Below, piece after piece: positions 17,318 to 26,884 of a stretch of 64,000 nucleotides of DNA (position 1 is the stretch's first letter; each line of letters starts with the position of its first letter). The DNA comes from Brevinema sp. Its GTDB lineage: Bacteria; Spirochaetota; Brevinematia; Brevinematales; Brevinemataceae. A program made the translations under genes and the position numbers. The stretch lies in NCBI GenBank assembly GCA_051649605.1, contig JBOFHK010000025.1:40956-104955 (forward strand), given 5' to 3'. The notes beneath the pieces were generated by a model. That model did not search any database. It was given only the letters and a program-made list of their open reading frames with translations, and was not told where the DNA came from.

Positions 17318-19459
17318 TTAAAATTTCCATTTGAATTTGGCGTACCATTCATCCTGTCTTACGTCCATTCCTAAATAAATTTCCTTACTATATAAATACC
17401 AACCCATAATCCCTGTAGAGATCAATGCCGCAGCAATGGAAGAATATAATGTTGCCTGCGTCGCAATTGCAAACCGATCCCTCTCAACTATATACTGATT
17501 TAGCTGGTCTACCTGTACTGGAGTCGTAGGCTCTCCAAATTGATTCACTAAATTTTGAGTGTCTCGAAAACGGTACTGAGTATAAATACTTGTCCCCAAC
17601 AAGGCAACAGTAGTAAACCAAGAAATATAAGTTGCCACTAAAAGACCTTGTTGAGCTGGGCTACGATATTTTGTTTCGTAATTTTTAAATTGGGCATCAA
17701 AATCAATGGATAATTTTTGCTCTGTTAAGGTAAGATGTTTGTATACAGAATTACGATTAGAAACAAGATTGGCATTAGGATTAAGCACTTCTACTCTATA
17801 TTTTGTATGGAGTGTTAAATTACTCACGATCAAAGGAGTTTTCCCTTTATAGAGAGAATTGACATAAACTTCAGCATCAGGAATCGACGCAGTAACCCGA
17901 ATCATTCCTGATTGATTGAGAGCTTGCATTCGATAAGAAATGCTATTTGTTTGTCCTGCAACAATATCTGTTAAAATTTCTTCTCTGTTAAATCCATCTT
18001 TTAGAAACATTACTCTCTGTTCTCCTAAGGGAGCAGTAGGATATACAAGGGGCGTCGAACCGACATAGACTCCATTTAAATAGACTAATGCACCTGTAGG
18101 TTCACTGGTAACCCTCAAAGCCGTATAAGGTCTATTAACAATAATCGCATGAAAATATTTGAGCCACTCCTGCATCGCCGTAGGAATCTCACTCTCTTGA
18201 ACATTCAAGCGGAGTGAAAGAGGACGTGTCCTTTTTGCTAGTGGATTCTCAGGTACATTAGGTCGGGTATCTCGAAAATTTGTAGAATATGTTTCAAAAG
18301 AATCTTGTAAACGTGGAGAAATCGGAGGCTTGGTAAAAGGTGTCCTCAATAATAAATCTTTATAAACTTGACTATCTTTAGGATCTAAAGTTTTTTCCAA
18401 AGCTAAAATCTCAGATAAGACAGGGGGAGTTTGTTGGTATTTTTTTTGCCACCAATCATCTCCAGAACTATAGGTAGGAAAAATCTGCATTCTGACGGTA
18501 ACCTCAACGGATCCTACTAAGGAATCAGCTCGCCTTGTTTGATAACTTCCACCAATATTATAAATATATTCAAAAGGGGTAGAAGGGTACTCGGCTTCTA
18601 TAGAATCTTGATTGGTTTGATTCTTTCGCCACTGGGTAGGATTACTTAGCCTGAGTTTATAATCAGCAAAATCTTTTTGATCTTGCTCCGTAGCCCGCCG
18701 AACTTCAATAGGAAGAAAACTCAAATAATTAATCAATTCTGGAAATTCTTCGTAGAGAAGTAGGAGCATATTAGTGGGAGTCAATAAATTTTTATTGACG
18801 ATAATCAAATTGGTTTTGATTTCGTTTGTTGTTGTCATAAGAATTTCGTTAGAAACAATGTTAGTTTCCGGTACAGCGTTTTTATAAACAATATTGGTTT
18901 TAATATCGTAATAATTGGTATTGGTACTTGTGAGAGCATTATATTGTGTCTCTTGAGTCGGAACAACTAATAAATAATTAGTCAAATAACTAAAATAAGA
19001 TTCTTCATAACGATCATATTCTTCTTTTTTATCATCTGTCTCATCAAAAATTGAGTCTTCTTTTTCCTCATTTTCATCTTCTTTTTCTTCCTCTTTGTCA
19101 GCAAATTCATCAAAATTAGGATCTTCAGCATTAACGACTTGGAATAAATTAGATAATTCACTAGACACATAAAAAGGCATACCATCAAAAGGTATATACG
19201 CTAAAGAAGATCGGAGAGATTCAAGCATCGCCTCAATATTATCAGGGATCGCTTGTTCTAAATAGGCTCGATTTGTATCTCCTTTAGATAAGTTATCAAA
19301 AGGATGAATAACAACGGTAAGTTTTTTAGGAAACGTTTCCACAAGGGCATTTTCTAAGCGACTGCGATATTCTATCTCTGCCTGTTGAGGAATACGATAG
19401 CAAGAAGTAAAACTAAAAAAACAGAAAGAAAAAATAATAAATTTATTCATACTCCTCAT
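17318..19459 (-). CDS. Large PEGA-domain lipoprotein/membrane protein with an acidic low-complexity insert
   Basis: N-terminal signal peptide with FSFTSC. Poly-E/D/K stretch (EEEKEDENEEKED). Two PEGA-like modules (TGALVYLNGVYVGSTPL..., PDAEVYVNSLYKGKTPL...). Two C-terminal hydrophobic helices. Confidence 0.7.
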   Translation of the reverse strand: MRSMNKFIIFSFCFFSFTSCYRIPQQAEIEYRSRLENALVETFPKKLTVVIHPFDNLSKGDTNRAYLEQAIPDNIEAMLESLRSSLAYIPFDGMPFYVSSELSNLFQVVNAEDPNFDEFADKEEEKEDENEEKEDSIFDETDDKKEEYDRYEESYFSYLTNYLLVVPTQETQYNALTSTNTNYYDIKTNIVYKNAVPETNIVSNEILMTTTNEIKTNLIIVNKNLLTPTNMLLLLYEEFPELINYLSFLPIEVRRATEQDQKDFADYKLRLSNPTQWRKNQTNQDSIEAEYPSTPFEYIYNIGGSYQTRRADSLVGSVEVTVRMQIFPTYSSGDDWWQKKYQQTPPVLSEILALEKTLDPKDSQVYKDLLLRTPFTKPPISPRLQDSFETYSTNFRDTRPNVPENPLAKRTRPLSLRLNVQESEIPTAMQEWLKYFHAIIVNRPYTALRVTSEPTGALVYLNGVYVGSTPLVYPTAPLGEQRVMFLKDGFNREEILTDIVAGQTNSISYRMQALNQSGMIRVTASIPDAEVYVNSLYKGKTPLIVSNLTLHTKYRVEVLNPNANLVSNRNSVYKHLTLTEQKLSIDFDAQFKNYETKYRSPAQQGLLVATYISWFTTVALLGTSIYTQYRFRDTQNLVNQFGEPTTPVQVDQLNQYIVERDRFAIATQATLYSSIAAALISTGIMGWYLYSKEIYLGMDVRQDEWYAKFKWKF

Positions 19460-19549
19460 TATATAAGAATTTTATCTTTTTATCAAAAATCTAGCTCTAG
19501 TATATTTTACAAGTTATATAAAAAATCCATTATCAATAGAAGAATTTTA

Positions 19550-19579
19550 TTGACATAATTTCTATGATCGACTTATAAT
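19550..19579 (+). promoter_or_regulatory. Sigma70-type promoter
   Basis: TTGACA, 18 nt, TATAAT. It leaves a leader of about 105 nt before the ATG at 19694. Confidence 0.6.
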
Positions 19580-19693
19580 ATAAAAAAGGTAGAAGGAATT
19601 TATTATTTTAGTAGATAATTTTTACTATTCACTACAAACATTTAGATCGCTTAATTAATAAGCAAAAAATTTATTTAAATAGGAGAGCAATCC

Positions 19694-20242
19694 ATGAAAA
19701 AACTTTTAGGATTAGCTATTTTTCTTTTTATTGTACAAACAAATTATGCCGTTGATCCCTATCACGGACTACAGGTATACGGATTAGTAGGATTTGGTAC
19801 GGACACCTACTTTCAAATTGGGGGAGGCATAGGGTATACAGCCACTTTCGCTCAAGCTGCCAATACAGCAGTCCCTATTGGCCATCAACTTACTACAGAT
19901 TCCCAGCTTATTTTTACAATGTTCGATGTTGGTTTACAATGGAATACTTTTGTAACATACGGGCTAGAATTAACACTCCCAAAAAATGTATTTCTAACCG
20001 TAGATTTTTTAGGTTTCGGTCTTGGGCTAAAAACATTTTTTTCTGATACTTCTACAGGACTCACCTTCATTGTTAGTTTGCCAGGCTTACAACTCCATTG
20101 GAAACAATTTTATTTCGCTTTAAGAAATAACTATATTGCCAGTATCAATACCTCATTAAACGAATATAAATTTTATCTCTCGATTGGTTGGGATCTCACA
20201 AAATATCTTCCCACCAAAAATAAAAGAGTCTGTGGTCAATAA
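19694..20242 (+). CDS. Small secreted protein, possible small outer-membrane beta-barrel
   Basis: Cleavable signal peptide (..VQTNYA). Alternating aromatic/Gly-rich beta-strand-like segments. AGGAGA RBS. No family recognised. Confidence 0.55.
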   Translation: MKKLLGLAIFLFIVQTNYAVDPYHGLQVYGLVGFGTDTYFQIGGGIGYTATFAQAANTAVPIGHQLTTDSQLIFTMFDVGLQWNTFVTYGLELTLPKNVFLTVDFLGFGLGLKTFFSDTSTGLTFIVSLPGLQLHWKQFYFALRNNYIASINTSLNEYKFYLSIGWDLTKYLPTKNKRVCGQ

Positions 20243-20269
20243 ATTTTAATACTTTTTAAAGGAGCTACC

Positions 20270-20644
20270 ATGAAAAAACAAATTTCGAGCCCACACGCTC
20301 CAAAGGCAATCGGAGCTTACTCTCAAGCTATTATTGCCAATGGAATGCTTTATATCTCTGGGCAAATACCTGTCAATCCTATTACTGGAGAAATCAGTAC
20401 TGATATTTCTGAACAAACGAAACAAAGTATGGAAAATATCAAAGCTATTCTCACAGAAGCAGGGACAGATTTTTCCAAAGTCGTTCGTTGCGGTATTTTT
20501 ATCAAAAATATGGAGGATTTTGCCAAAATCAATGAAGTCTATAGCTCTTATTTAAAAGAACCTTATCCTGCCCGTGCCACCGTAGAAGTATCTAGACTTC
20601 CTAAAGATGTGTTAGTAGAAATTGAAGCAATTGCATTAATCTAA
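20270..20644 (+). CDS. ridA: RidA/YjgF family reactive-intermediate deaminase
   Basis: [20 protein letters not shown] and [21 protein letters not shown] signatures. Confidence 0.92.
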   Translation: MKKQISSPHAPKAIGAYSQAIIANGMLYISGQIPVNPITGEISTDISEQTKQSMENIKAILTEAGTDFSKVVRCGIFIKNMEDFAKINEVYSSYLKEPYPARATVEVSRLPKDVLVEIEAIALI

Positions 20645-20678
20645 AAAAAAAGCACCACTTAATAAGTGGTGCTTTTTT
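20643..20678. terminator. Bidirectional rho-independent terminator
   Basis: A8-agcaccactt-aat-aagtggtgct-T6 between convergent genes. Confidence 0.85.
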
Positions 20679-20701
20679 ATAATTATTAGTAATAAATTAG
20701 A

Positions 20702-21430
20702 CTACATATCTTCTGAGTAATATAAGTAACGAAAACAATTAGGGCATTGAAGTAATGCAGAATCTTCAGAATCTTGAAGAGTATCACCCCCATGATAAGA
20801 AGTAGGCAGAAGAATATTACAACCAGAACAAGAATCTTCTTCGATTTCGGCCATCACCACACCGCTATTTTTAAGTAACAATCGATCAAAATATTGGACA
20901 AAATGAGTATCAAATGCCGAAGAAATACTTTCGATTTCGGTTTCGATTGCTTCTCGTTCGTCTTTTATTTCGGCTTTGATTGCATTAATATCTTTTTCTA
21001 AAACAGATATTTCTGCAGAAAAAGTCGCAATATTTTGCTCAATTACTTCTAACGCTTGAGTAATATCACCCATTTTTGATTTATCATAATAAAATTGTGC
21101 CTCAATAACAGCTCTATCCTGAGTATAGCGATCCATATCTTTTTCCCAAGATTTAATCTGACGAGACATTTTGAGATTATCTCTATCTTTTTCCATATTT
21201 TCAATTTGGGTAAAAATATAATCCAGCCGTTCTTCTTCCTGAGCAATTTTTTGAGCCAAAGCCACTTGCTGTTGCGTAAGATTTATTTTATTTTGTTCGG
21301 TAGAATCACAATCTTCTTTTAATTTAGAAAGTTTTTGCTCATTCGCCTCATAAGTCGCCACTAATATTTTTTTTTCTTGATAAAGCTCTTGCCAGCGAAT
21401 AATATTCCGAATACGAGATATACGATCCAT
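20702..21430 (-). CDS. Coiled-coil protein with a C-terminal C4 zinc ribbon (COG1579/DUF164-like)
   Basis: Long heptad-rich region followed by CSGC...x...CPNC. Confidence 0.7.
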   Translation of the reverse strand: MDRISRIRNIIRWQELYQEKKILVATYEANEQKLSKLKEDCDSTEQNKINLTQQQVALAQKIAQEEERLDYIFTQIENMEKDRDNLKMSRQIKSWEKDMDRYTQDRAVIEAQFYYDKSKMGDITQALEVIEQNIATFSAEISVLEKDINAIKAEIKDEREAIETEIESISSAFDTHFVQYFDRLLLKNSGVVMAEIEEDSCSGCNILLPTSYHGGDTLQDSEDSALLQCPNCFRYLYYSEDM

Positions 21431-21584
21431 TATGACTCCTCTTTTACGATTATTAATTAATATTATACTGAATTATCAAATACTTGTCAAGATCTATTCC
21501 AAAGGATTCGCTCTAAAAAATCTATAAGTCCTATTATACGTTCAACAAAAAATAAATTTAAATATCAAAATAAGGTACAATATT

Positions 21585-22439
21585 TTAAAATAATTCTATA
21601 CTATAGTCAATATTTTGAGATTCATGAGGTGCGAGAAGAGACATTCCTTTTTTTTGAGATAATTCATTGATTGTATCTTCCAAAGAATCAGCCCAACCAT
21701 TCCAAGGCTCAATACAGATAAAAGACGAACCAGCCTTAGACCAAAATGCTAGTAATGGAAGGTCGTCATTCCATTCCATTTTAACTTTTCTAGGGCTATT
21801 TTGAAAATGTAAGACCACTTGACGAGAGCGAAGATTATCAAAAATAATCGTATTATTATTGTCAAAGCTATTAGTGTCAAAACATAAAAATTGTCGCCCA
21901 TAGTCTTTCGTTTTTTCGACAATAAAACCGTTCTCAGTATCAATCTGAGAGATTAAAGGCTCATCATCTAACTCTATATAACTACGTTCTAATCGATCTG
22001 CCAAATTGAAAGCGGGGTGAAGCCCAAAGGTAAAAGGCATATTTTCTTGAGATAAATTCGTAATACAATGAGAAATTAACAATTTTCTCTTCTCCAAACG
22101 ATAAGAAACATCCATTTTAAAAGAAAAAGGATATGCCAATAACGTTTCAGGGGTACTCTCAAAAGAAAATAATAATTCTTGATCTGAGACTTGTATTACT
22201 TGAAATTCATTGATCCGAGCAATCCCATGATTAGGCATAGAATATTTTTTACCTTTATGGAGATATTCTTTATTTTTTAGTCCCCCAACAATAGGAAATA
22301 AAATAGGTGCTCTCCCCGGCCAGTACTCTGGATTACCCTGCCATAGATATTCATACTGATAACTTTCGATAGACCGTAATTCAGCCCCCCTAGAACATGC
22401 TTGAACCTTTAAATCATCATTTTTAATCGTATAATTCAT
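21585..22439 (-). CDS. Aldose 1-epimerase family protein (LacX-like)
   Basis: GAELRSI, APILFPIVGG, HGIAR and GLHPAFN motifs. The start could be 22454 or 22439; the latter matches the usual family N-terminus. Confidence 0.8.
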   Translation of the reverse strand: MNYTIKNDDLKVQACSRGAELRSIESYQYEYLWQGNPEYWPGRAPILFPIVGGLKNKEYLHKGKKYSMPNHGIARINEFQVIQVSDQELLFSFESTPETLLAYPFSFKMDVSYRLEKRKLLISHCITNLSQENMPFTFGLHPAFNLADRLERSYIELDDEPLISQIDTENGFIVEKTKDYGRQFLCFDTNSFDNNNTIIFDNLRSRQVVLHFQNSPRKVKMEWNDDLPLLAFWSKAGSSFICIEPWNGWADSLEDTINELSQKKGMSLLAPHESQNIDYSIELF

Positions 22440-22545
22440 ACCATACAACCCCATATTATAATCTTTTTATACTTTATAGTATAAAACAAGACGATAATAA
22501 GTCAATCAATAAATGAACAGACTTCCAAAAAACAAATAAAAAAGC

Positions 22546-22573
22546 TTGCAAAATTTCTAAATCAGTATATAAT
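22546..22573 (+). promoter_or_regulatory. Candidate promoter of the butyrate/acetoacetate cluster
   Basis: TTGCAA, 16 nt, TATAAT, followed by a leader of about 115 nt containing a 7-bp hairpin (atctctc/gagagat). Confidence 0.5.
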
Positions 22574-22690
22574 ATAAGTATTAATTATTTTGAATATCTT
22601 ATACTTAATATTCTAACAGAATCTCTCTTAGTATTTTTACGAGAGATAATACCATAAATTATAAACTATATCAATACGAAGGAGAGTTTC

Positions 22691-23407
22691 ATGAGATTAA
22701 ACGGAAAAGTTGCTATTGTTACTGGAGCCGCAAGAGGAATTGGATTAACTATTGCCGAAACTTTAGCCAAAGAAGGAGCATTAGTATATGCTACCGACCT
22801 AGATAAAGGGGAGTCTAAAGAAAAAAATATTACATTTATCAAACTTAATGTAACGGACAGACCAGAAATCGAAAAATTTACTACTGAAATTGCTCAAAAA
22901 GGTGAAATCGATATTCTCGTAAATAACGCAGGGATTACTGCCGATGCCCTCATTCAAAAAATGACCGAAGACCAATGGGATCGGGTAATTAATATCAACC
23001 TCAAAGGAGTCTTCAATATGACTCAATTTGTTGCACCAATTATGATGGAAAACGGCTCTGGAAGTATTATTAATATGGCATCTGTCGTAGGTGTTTATGG
23101 TAATATTGGACAAAGCAATTATATTGCTACTAAATCAGGAGTTATTGGGATGGCTAAAGGTTGGGCTAAAGAATTTGCTCGTAAAGGAGCTAAAGTCCGT
23201 GCTAATGCAATCGCTCCAGGATTTATCCGCACTCCTATGACCAAAGATCTTCCAGAAAAAGTCTTAGAAGGAATGGTCTCCAAAACACCTCTCGGACGGA
23301 TGGGAGAGCCCGAAGATATCGCAAAAGCTGTATTATTTTTAGCAAGCGATGATGCTTCATTTATCACTGGACAATGTCTCGGAGTAGACGGTGGTCTTGT
23401 CATTTAA
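22691..23407 (+). CDS. SDR reductase, FabG/PhaB-like (candidate acetoacetyl-CoA reductase)
   Basis: TGAARGIG, NNAG and YxxxK (SNYIATKSG) motifs, ending in GQCLGVDGG. It is the first gene of the acyl-CoA cluster. Confidence 0.8.
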   Translation: MRLNGKVAIVTGAARGIGLTIAETLAKEGALVYATDLDKGESKEKNITFIKLNVTDRPEIEKFTTEIAQKGEIDILVNNAGITADALIQKMTEDQWDRVININLKGVFNMTQFVAPIMMENGSGSIINMASVVGVYGNIGQSNYIATKSGVIGMAKGWAKEFARKGAKVRANAIAPGFIRTPMTKDLPEKVLEGMVSKTPLGRMGEPEDIAKAVLFLASDDASFITGQCLGVDGGLVI

Positions 23408-23439
23408 TTATGCCAAAATAACAACAGAGAGTATTAAGA

Positions 23440-24585
23440 ATGGATTTTTCATTATCAAAAACCCAGGAACTATATTTACAAATGGTTCGTGAATTCGTAA
23501 AAAATGAGGTGGAGCCTATTGCTGCTGCCATTGACGAAGAAGAGCGTTTCCCTATGGAAACTGTAGAAAAAATGAGGTCAATAGGATTTTTCGGGATTCC
23601 TGTCTCAAAAGATCTCGGAGGAGGAGGAGGCGATTCTTTATTATACACCATGGCTGTTGAAGAATTCTCCAAATCCTGTGGGACAACAGGAGTGATGTTA
23701 TCTGCTCATACATCTTTAGGAATGATGCCTATCTACGAAAACGGCACTCCCGAACAAAAAGCTAAATATATTCCTAAAATGGCTAGTGGTGAATGGATTG
23801 GGGGATTTGGACTTACTGAAGTTAATGCAGGTACCGACGCTTCTGGTCAACAAACAACCGCCATCTTTGATGAAAGCTCTAAAGAATGGATTATAAACGG
23901 GTCAAAGATTTTTATTACTAATGCCGGATACGCACACATTTATATTGTCTTTGCAATGACCGATAAAAGTGTAGGTACAAAAGGGATCACCGCATTTATC
24001 GTTGAAGCCGATCGTCCTGGATTTTCTGTCGGTAAACTAGAAAAAAAATTAGGGATCAGAGGATCAGCTACCTGTGAAATTCTCTTTGAAGACTGTCGTA
24101 TTCCCGCTGAAAATCAACTAGGAGCTCTTGGAAAAGGATTCGGTATTGCAATGAAAACCTTAGATGGGGGACGTATCGGTATTGCTGCTCAAGCCCTAGG
24201 TATTGCACAAGGAGCCTTGGATCATACCGTAAACTATACCAAAGAAAGAAAACAATTCAACAAAGCAATCTCTGCCTTCCAAAATACCCAATTTAAAATT
24301 GCTGATATGGCAACTCAAATTGAAGCAGCACGATACCTTGTTTATAAAGCAGCATGGAAAAAAACAAATAAAGTTGCCTACTCTGTAGATGCCGCTATGG
24401 CTAAGCTATTCGCCTCCGAGGTTGCCATGAAAACTACCACAGAATGTGTACAACTATATGGAGGATATGGATATATCCGAGAGTACCCTGTAGAACGTAT
24501 GATGCGTGATGCAAAAATTACAGAGATCTACGAAGGTACCTCAGAAGTGCAACGTATGGTCATCAGTGCTAATATCTTAAAATAA
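23440..24585 (+). CDS. bcd: Short-chain (butyryl-CoA) acyl-CoA dehydrogenase
   Basis: GFGLTEVNAGTDASG, GGRIGIAAQALGIAQGALD and YEGTSEVQR signatures. Adjacent to etfBA. Confidence 0.9.
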   Translation: MDFSLSKTQELYLQMVREFVKNEVEPIAAAIDEEERFPMETVEKMRSIGFFGIPVSKDLGGGGGDSLLYTMAVEEFSKSCGTTGVMLSAHTSLGMMPIYENGTPEQKAKYIPKMASGEWIGGFGLTEVNAGTDASGQQTTAIFDESSKEWIINGSKIFITNAGYAHIYIVFAMTDKSVGTKGITAFIVEADRPGFSVGKLEKKLGIRGSATCEILFEDCRIPAENQLGALGKGFGIAMKTLDGGRIGIAAQALGIAQGALDHTVNYTKERKQFNKAISAFQNTQFKIADMATQIEAARYLVYKAAWKKTNKVAYSVDAAMAKLFASEVAMKTTTECVQLYGGYGYIREYPVERMMRDAKITEIYEGTSEVQRMVISANILK

Positions 24586-24604
24586 GAAGCACTAAGGAGT
24601 TTTT

Positions 24605-25387
24605 ATGAAAATAACAGTTTGTATAAAGCAAGTACCCGATACAGCAGAAGTCCGTCTTGATCCAAAAACAGGGGCAATGATTCGGGATGGCGTCATCAGT
24701 ATTATGAATCCTGATGACAAAGCGGGATTAGAAGAAGCATTAAAATTAAAAGAACAATTTAAAGCAGAGATTACCGTCCTCACAATGGGACCCCCTCAAG
24801 CAGAGCTAATTTTAAGAGAAGCTCTCGCAATGGGTGTGGATCATGCAATCCTACTCACCGATCGCAAGTTTGCTGGAGCAGATACTTTAGCAACATCAAA
24901 TGCACTATCTGCCGCATTAAAAATTCTCAATCCTGATCTTATTATCACAGGACGTCAAGCTATTGATGGAGATACTGCCCAAGTAGGACCTCAGATCGCA
25001 GAGCTATTAGAGCTTCCTCAAGTTTCTTACGTTCATGATATTTCAACAAAAGACGGAAAAACATTTACCGTGAAAAGAGCGATCGAAAACGGCTACCAAA
25101 TGATCAAAGTATCTACTCCTTGCTTATTTACTTTATTATCAGATGCTAATACCCCAAGATATATGAATATTGCAGGTATTGTCGATGCTTATGATAAAAC
25201 AATAGAAGTATGGGATGCTGCAAAAGTACAGATTCCTGATAATAAAATCGGATTAGCGGGTTCTCCTACCAAAGTTTATAAATCATTTACCAAGGGAGCA
25301 AAATCCAGTAGAGAAATCCATGAGGTTTCTTCTCAAGAAGCAGTTACCCAGATTGTCGCCAAATTAAAAGAAATCCATATTATATAG
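24605..25387 (+). CDS. etfB: Electron transfer flavoprotein beta subunit
   Basis: MKITVCIKQVPD start. GRQAIDGDTAQVGPQIAE motif as in clostridial bifurcating Etf. Confidence 0.92.
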   Translation: MKITVCIKQVPDTAEVRLDPKTGAMIRDGVISIMNPDDKAGLEEALKLKEQFKAEITVLTMGPPQAELILREALAMGVDHAILLTDRKFAGADTLATSNALSAALKILNPDLIITGRQAIDGDTAQVGPQIAELLELPQVSYVHDISTKDGKTFTVKRAIENGYQMIKVSTPCLFTLLSDANTPRYMNIAGIVDAYDKTIEVWDAAKVQIPDNKIGLAGSPTKVYKSFTKGAKSSREIHEVSSQEAVTQIVAKLKEIHII

Positions 25388-25396
25388 GAACCCGTT

Positions 25397-26422
25397 ATGA
25401 ATATCAAAGATTATAAAGATATTGCCGTATTTATCGAACAAAGACAGGGGGAAATCCAGCCTGTGGCTTTAGAACTTCTGTCAGAGGCTAGAAAATTAGC
25501 AGACTGTTCTGATCAAAAAGTTATTGCCGTCCTTTTAGGCGACGGAATTAAATCTCTTTGCGATTCTTTAATTAGCTATGGAGCAGATACCGTACTTTGT
25601 GCTGATCATAAGCACCTTAAAGTCTATAGTACCGAACCTTACGCCCAAGCACTCTATCATATATTTTCAGAAATCAAACCAAATATCGTATTAATTGGGG
25701 CAACAACTATAGGAAGAGACCTCGCTCCTCGGATGTCCGTCAAGTTAAATACTGGACTAACAGCTGATTGTACCCTATTAGAAATGAAAACCGAAGAAGA
25801 TTATGAAAATACAGTAAGAGTTACCGATAATAAAGACCTTTTAATGACTAGACCAACCTTCGGTGGAAATCTTATTGCCACCATCGTCTGCCCAGATCAC
25901 CGTCCACAAATGTCTACGGTAAGACCCGGAGTCATGAAAAAAGCTGAGCCAAATACTTCTCGTAAAGGTGCTTGCAAAGAATTTACTATAAAATTCCAAG
26001 AAGATAAATTCAAAGTTGAAGTCTTAGAAGAAATTAAAGAAAACTCCCATAGCAAAAACATTACGGAGTACCCTGTAATTATCGCTGGTGGAAGAGGAAT
26101 TAAAAAATCCGAAAGTTTCAAAAAACTACAAATTATCGCCGACGCCTTAGGTGGAGGAGTTGCTGTATCAAGAGGATTGGTAGACTGTGGGTGGGCAGAT
26201 CATGATATGCAAATAGGTCAAACAGGTAAAACCGTTCGTCCTGAAGTATACCTCGCTTTAGGAATTTCTGGAGCTATCCAACACGCAACAGGTATGGAAG
26301 AATCAGCTCTTATTATTGCTATCAATAAAGATAAAGATGCTCCTATTTTTAAAATTGCAGATATTGGATTTGTTTGTGATCTCGAACCAGTGATCAGCGG
26401 GCTCATCCAAGAATTAAAATAA
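25397..26422 (+). CDS. etfA: Electron transfer flavoprotein alpha subunit
   Basis: PEVYLALGISGAIQHATGM and IIAINKDKDAPIF signatures. Confidence 0.92.
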   Translation: MNIKDYKDIAVFIEQRQGEIQPVALELLSEARKLADCSDQKVIAVLLGDGIKSLCDSLISYGADTVLCADHKHLKVYSTEPYAQALYHIFSEIKPNIVLIGATTIGRDLAPRMSVKLNTGLTADCTLLEMKTEEDYENTVRVTDNKDLLMTRPTFGGNLIATIVCPDHRPQMSTVRPGVMKKAEPNTSRKGACKEFTIKFQEDKFKVEVLEEIKENSHSKNITEYPVIIAGGRGIKKSESFKKLQIIADALGGGVAVSRGLVDCGWADHDMQIGQTGKTVRPEVYLALGISGAIQHATGMEESALIIAINKDKDAPIFKIADIGFVCDLEPVISGLIQELK

Positions 26423-26442
26423 CTGATTTTATAGGAGAATAT

Positions 26443-26850
26443 ATGAAATTTTCAGAATTCAAAGTTGGTATTAAAGCAGAAATTACCAAAACCATTGCCG
26501 AAGCAGATATCCAAAAATTTGCAGAAGTATCCTTAGATTTCAATCCTATTCATTTAGACGAAGAAGCGGGGAAAAATTCTATTTTTGGACAACGTATCGC
26601 TCATGGAATGATTAGTGCAGGATTGATTTCCGCGGTGCTTGGCACAAAACTTCCAGGTGAGGGTGCAATCTATCTTGGACAAGAATTGAAGTTTTTAGCC
26701 CCTGTTTTTATTGGCGATACCATCACTGCTATCTGTGAAATCGAAGAACTTGTAAGCGAAAAAAATCGGGTTATTCTTAAAACTATAGTTCGTAATCAAG
26801 ACGGAAAAGAAGTAGTATCAGGAAAAGCAACTCTACTTAAAAAGGATTAA
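26443..26850 (+). CDS. MaoC/PhaJ-like (R)-specific enoyl-CoA hydratase (hot-dog fold)
   Basis: DFNPIHLDEEAGKNSIFGQRIAHGM hydratase motif; about 135 aa single hot-dog. Confidence 0.85.
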   Translation: MKFSEFKVGIKAEITKTIAEADIQKFAEVSLDFNPIHLDEEAGKNSIFGQRIAHGMISAGLISAVLGTKLPGEGAIYLGQELKFLAPVFIGDTITAICEIEELVSEKNRVILKTIVRNQDGKEVVSGKATLLKKD

Positions 26851-26884
26851 TTGTTTTTTATTGATAAAACACTTAGGAGTTTAC

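Noticed and set aside
18982-19110. GAA/GAT/AAA-rich stretch, considered as a tandem DNA repeat or contingency locus
   Set aside because: It is imperfect low-complexity coding sequence for the acidic insert of the PEGA protein, with no regular repeat unit.
23119-23672. Minus-strand ORFs 23119-23403 and 23400-23672 (the latter with a poly-Pro stretch)
   Set aside because: They are antisense to the clearly recognisable SDR and acyl-CoA dehydrogenase genes, so they are typical shadow ORFs. The same applies to 1127-1312, 1768-2142, 2223-2595, 28503-28823, 30212-30872, 57160-57546 and the other short antisense ORFs in the track.
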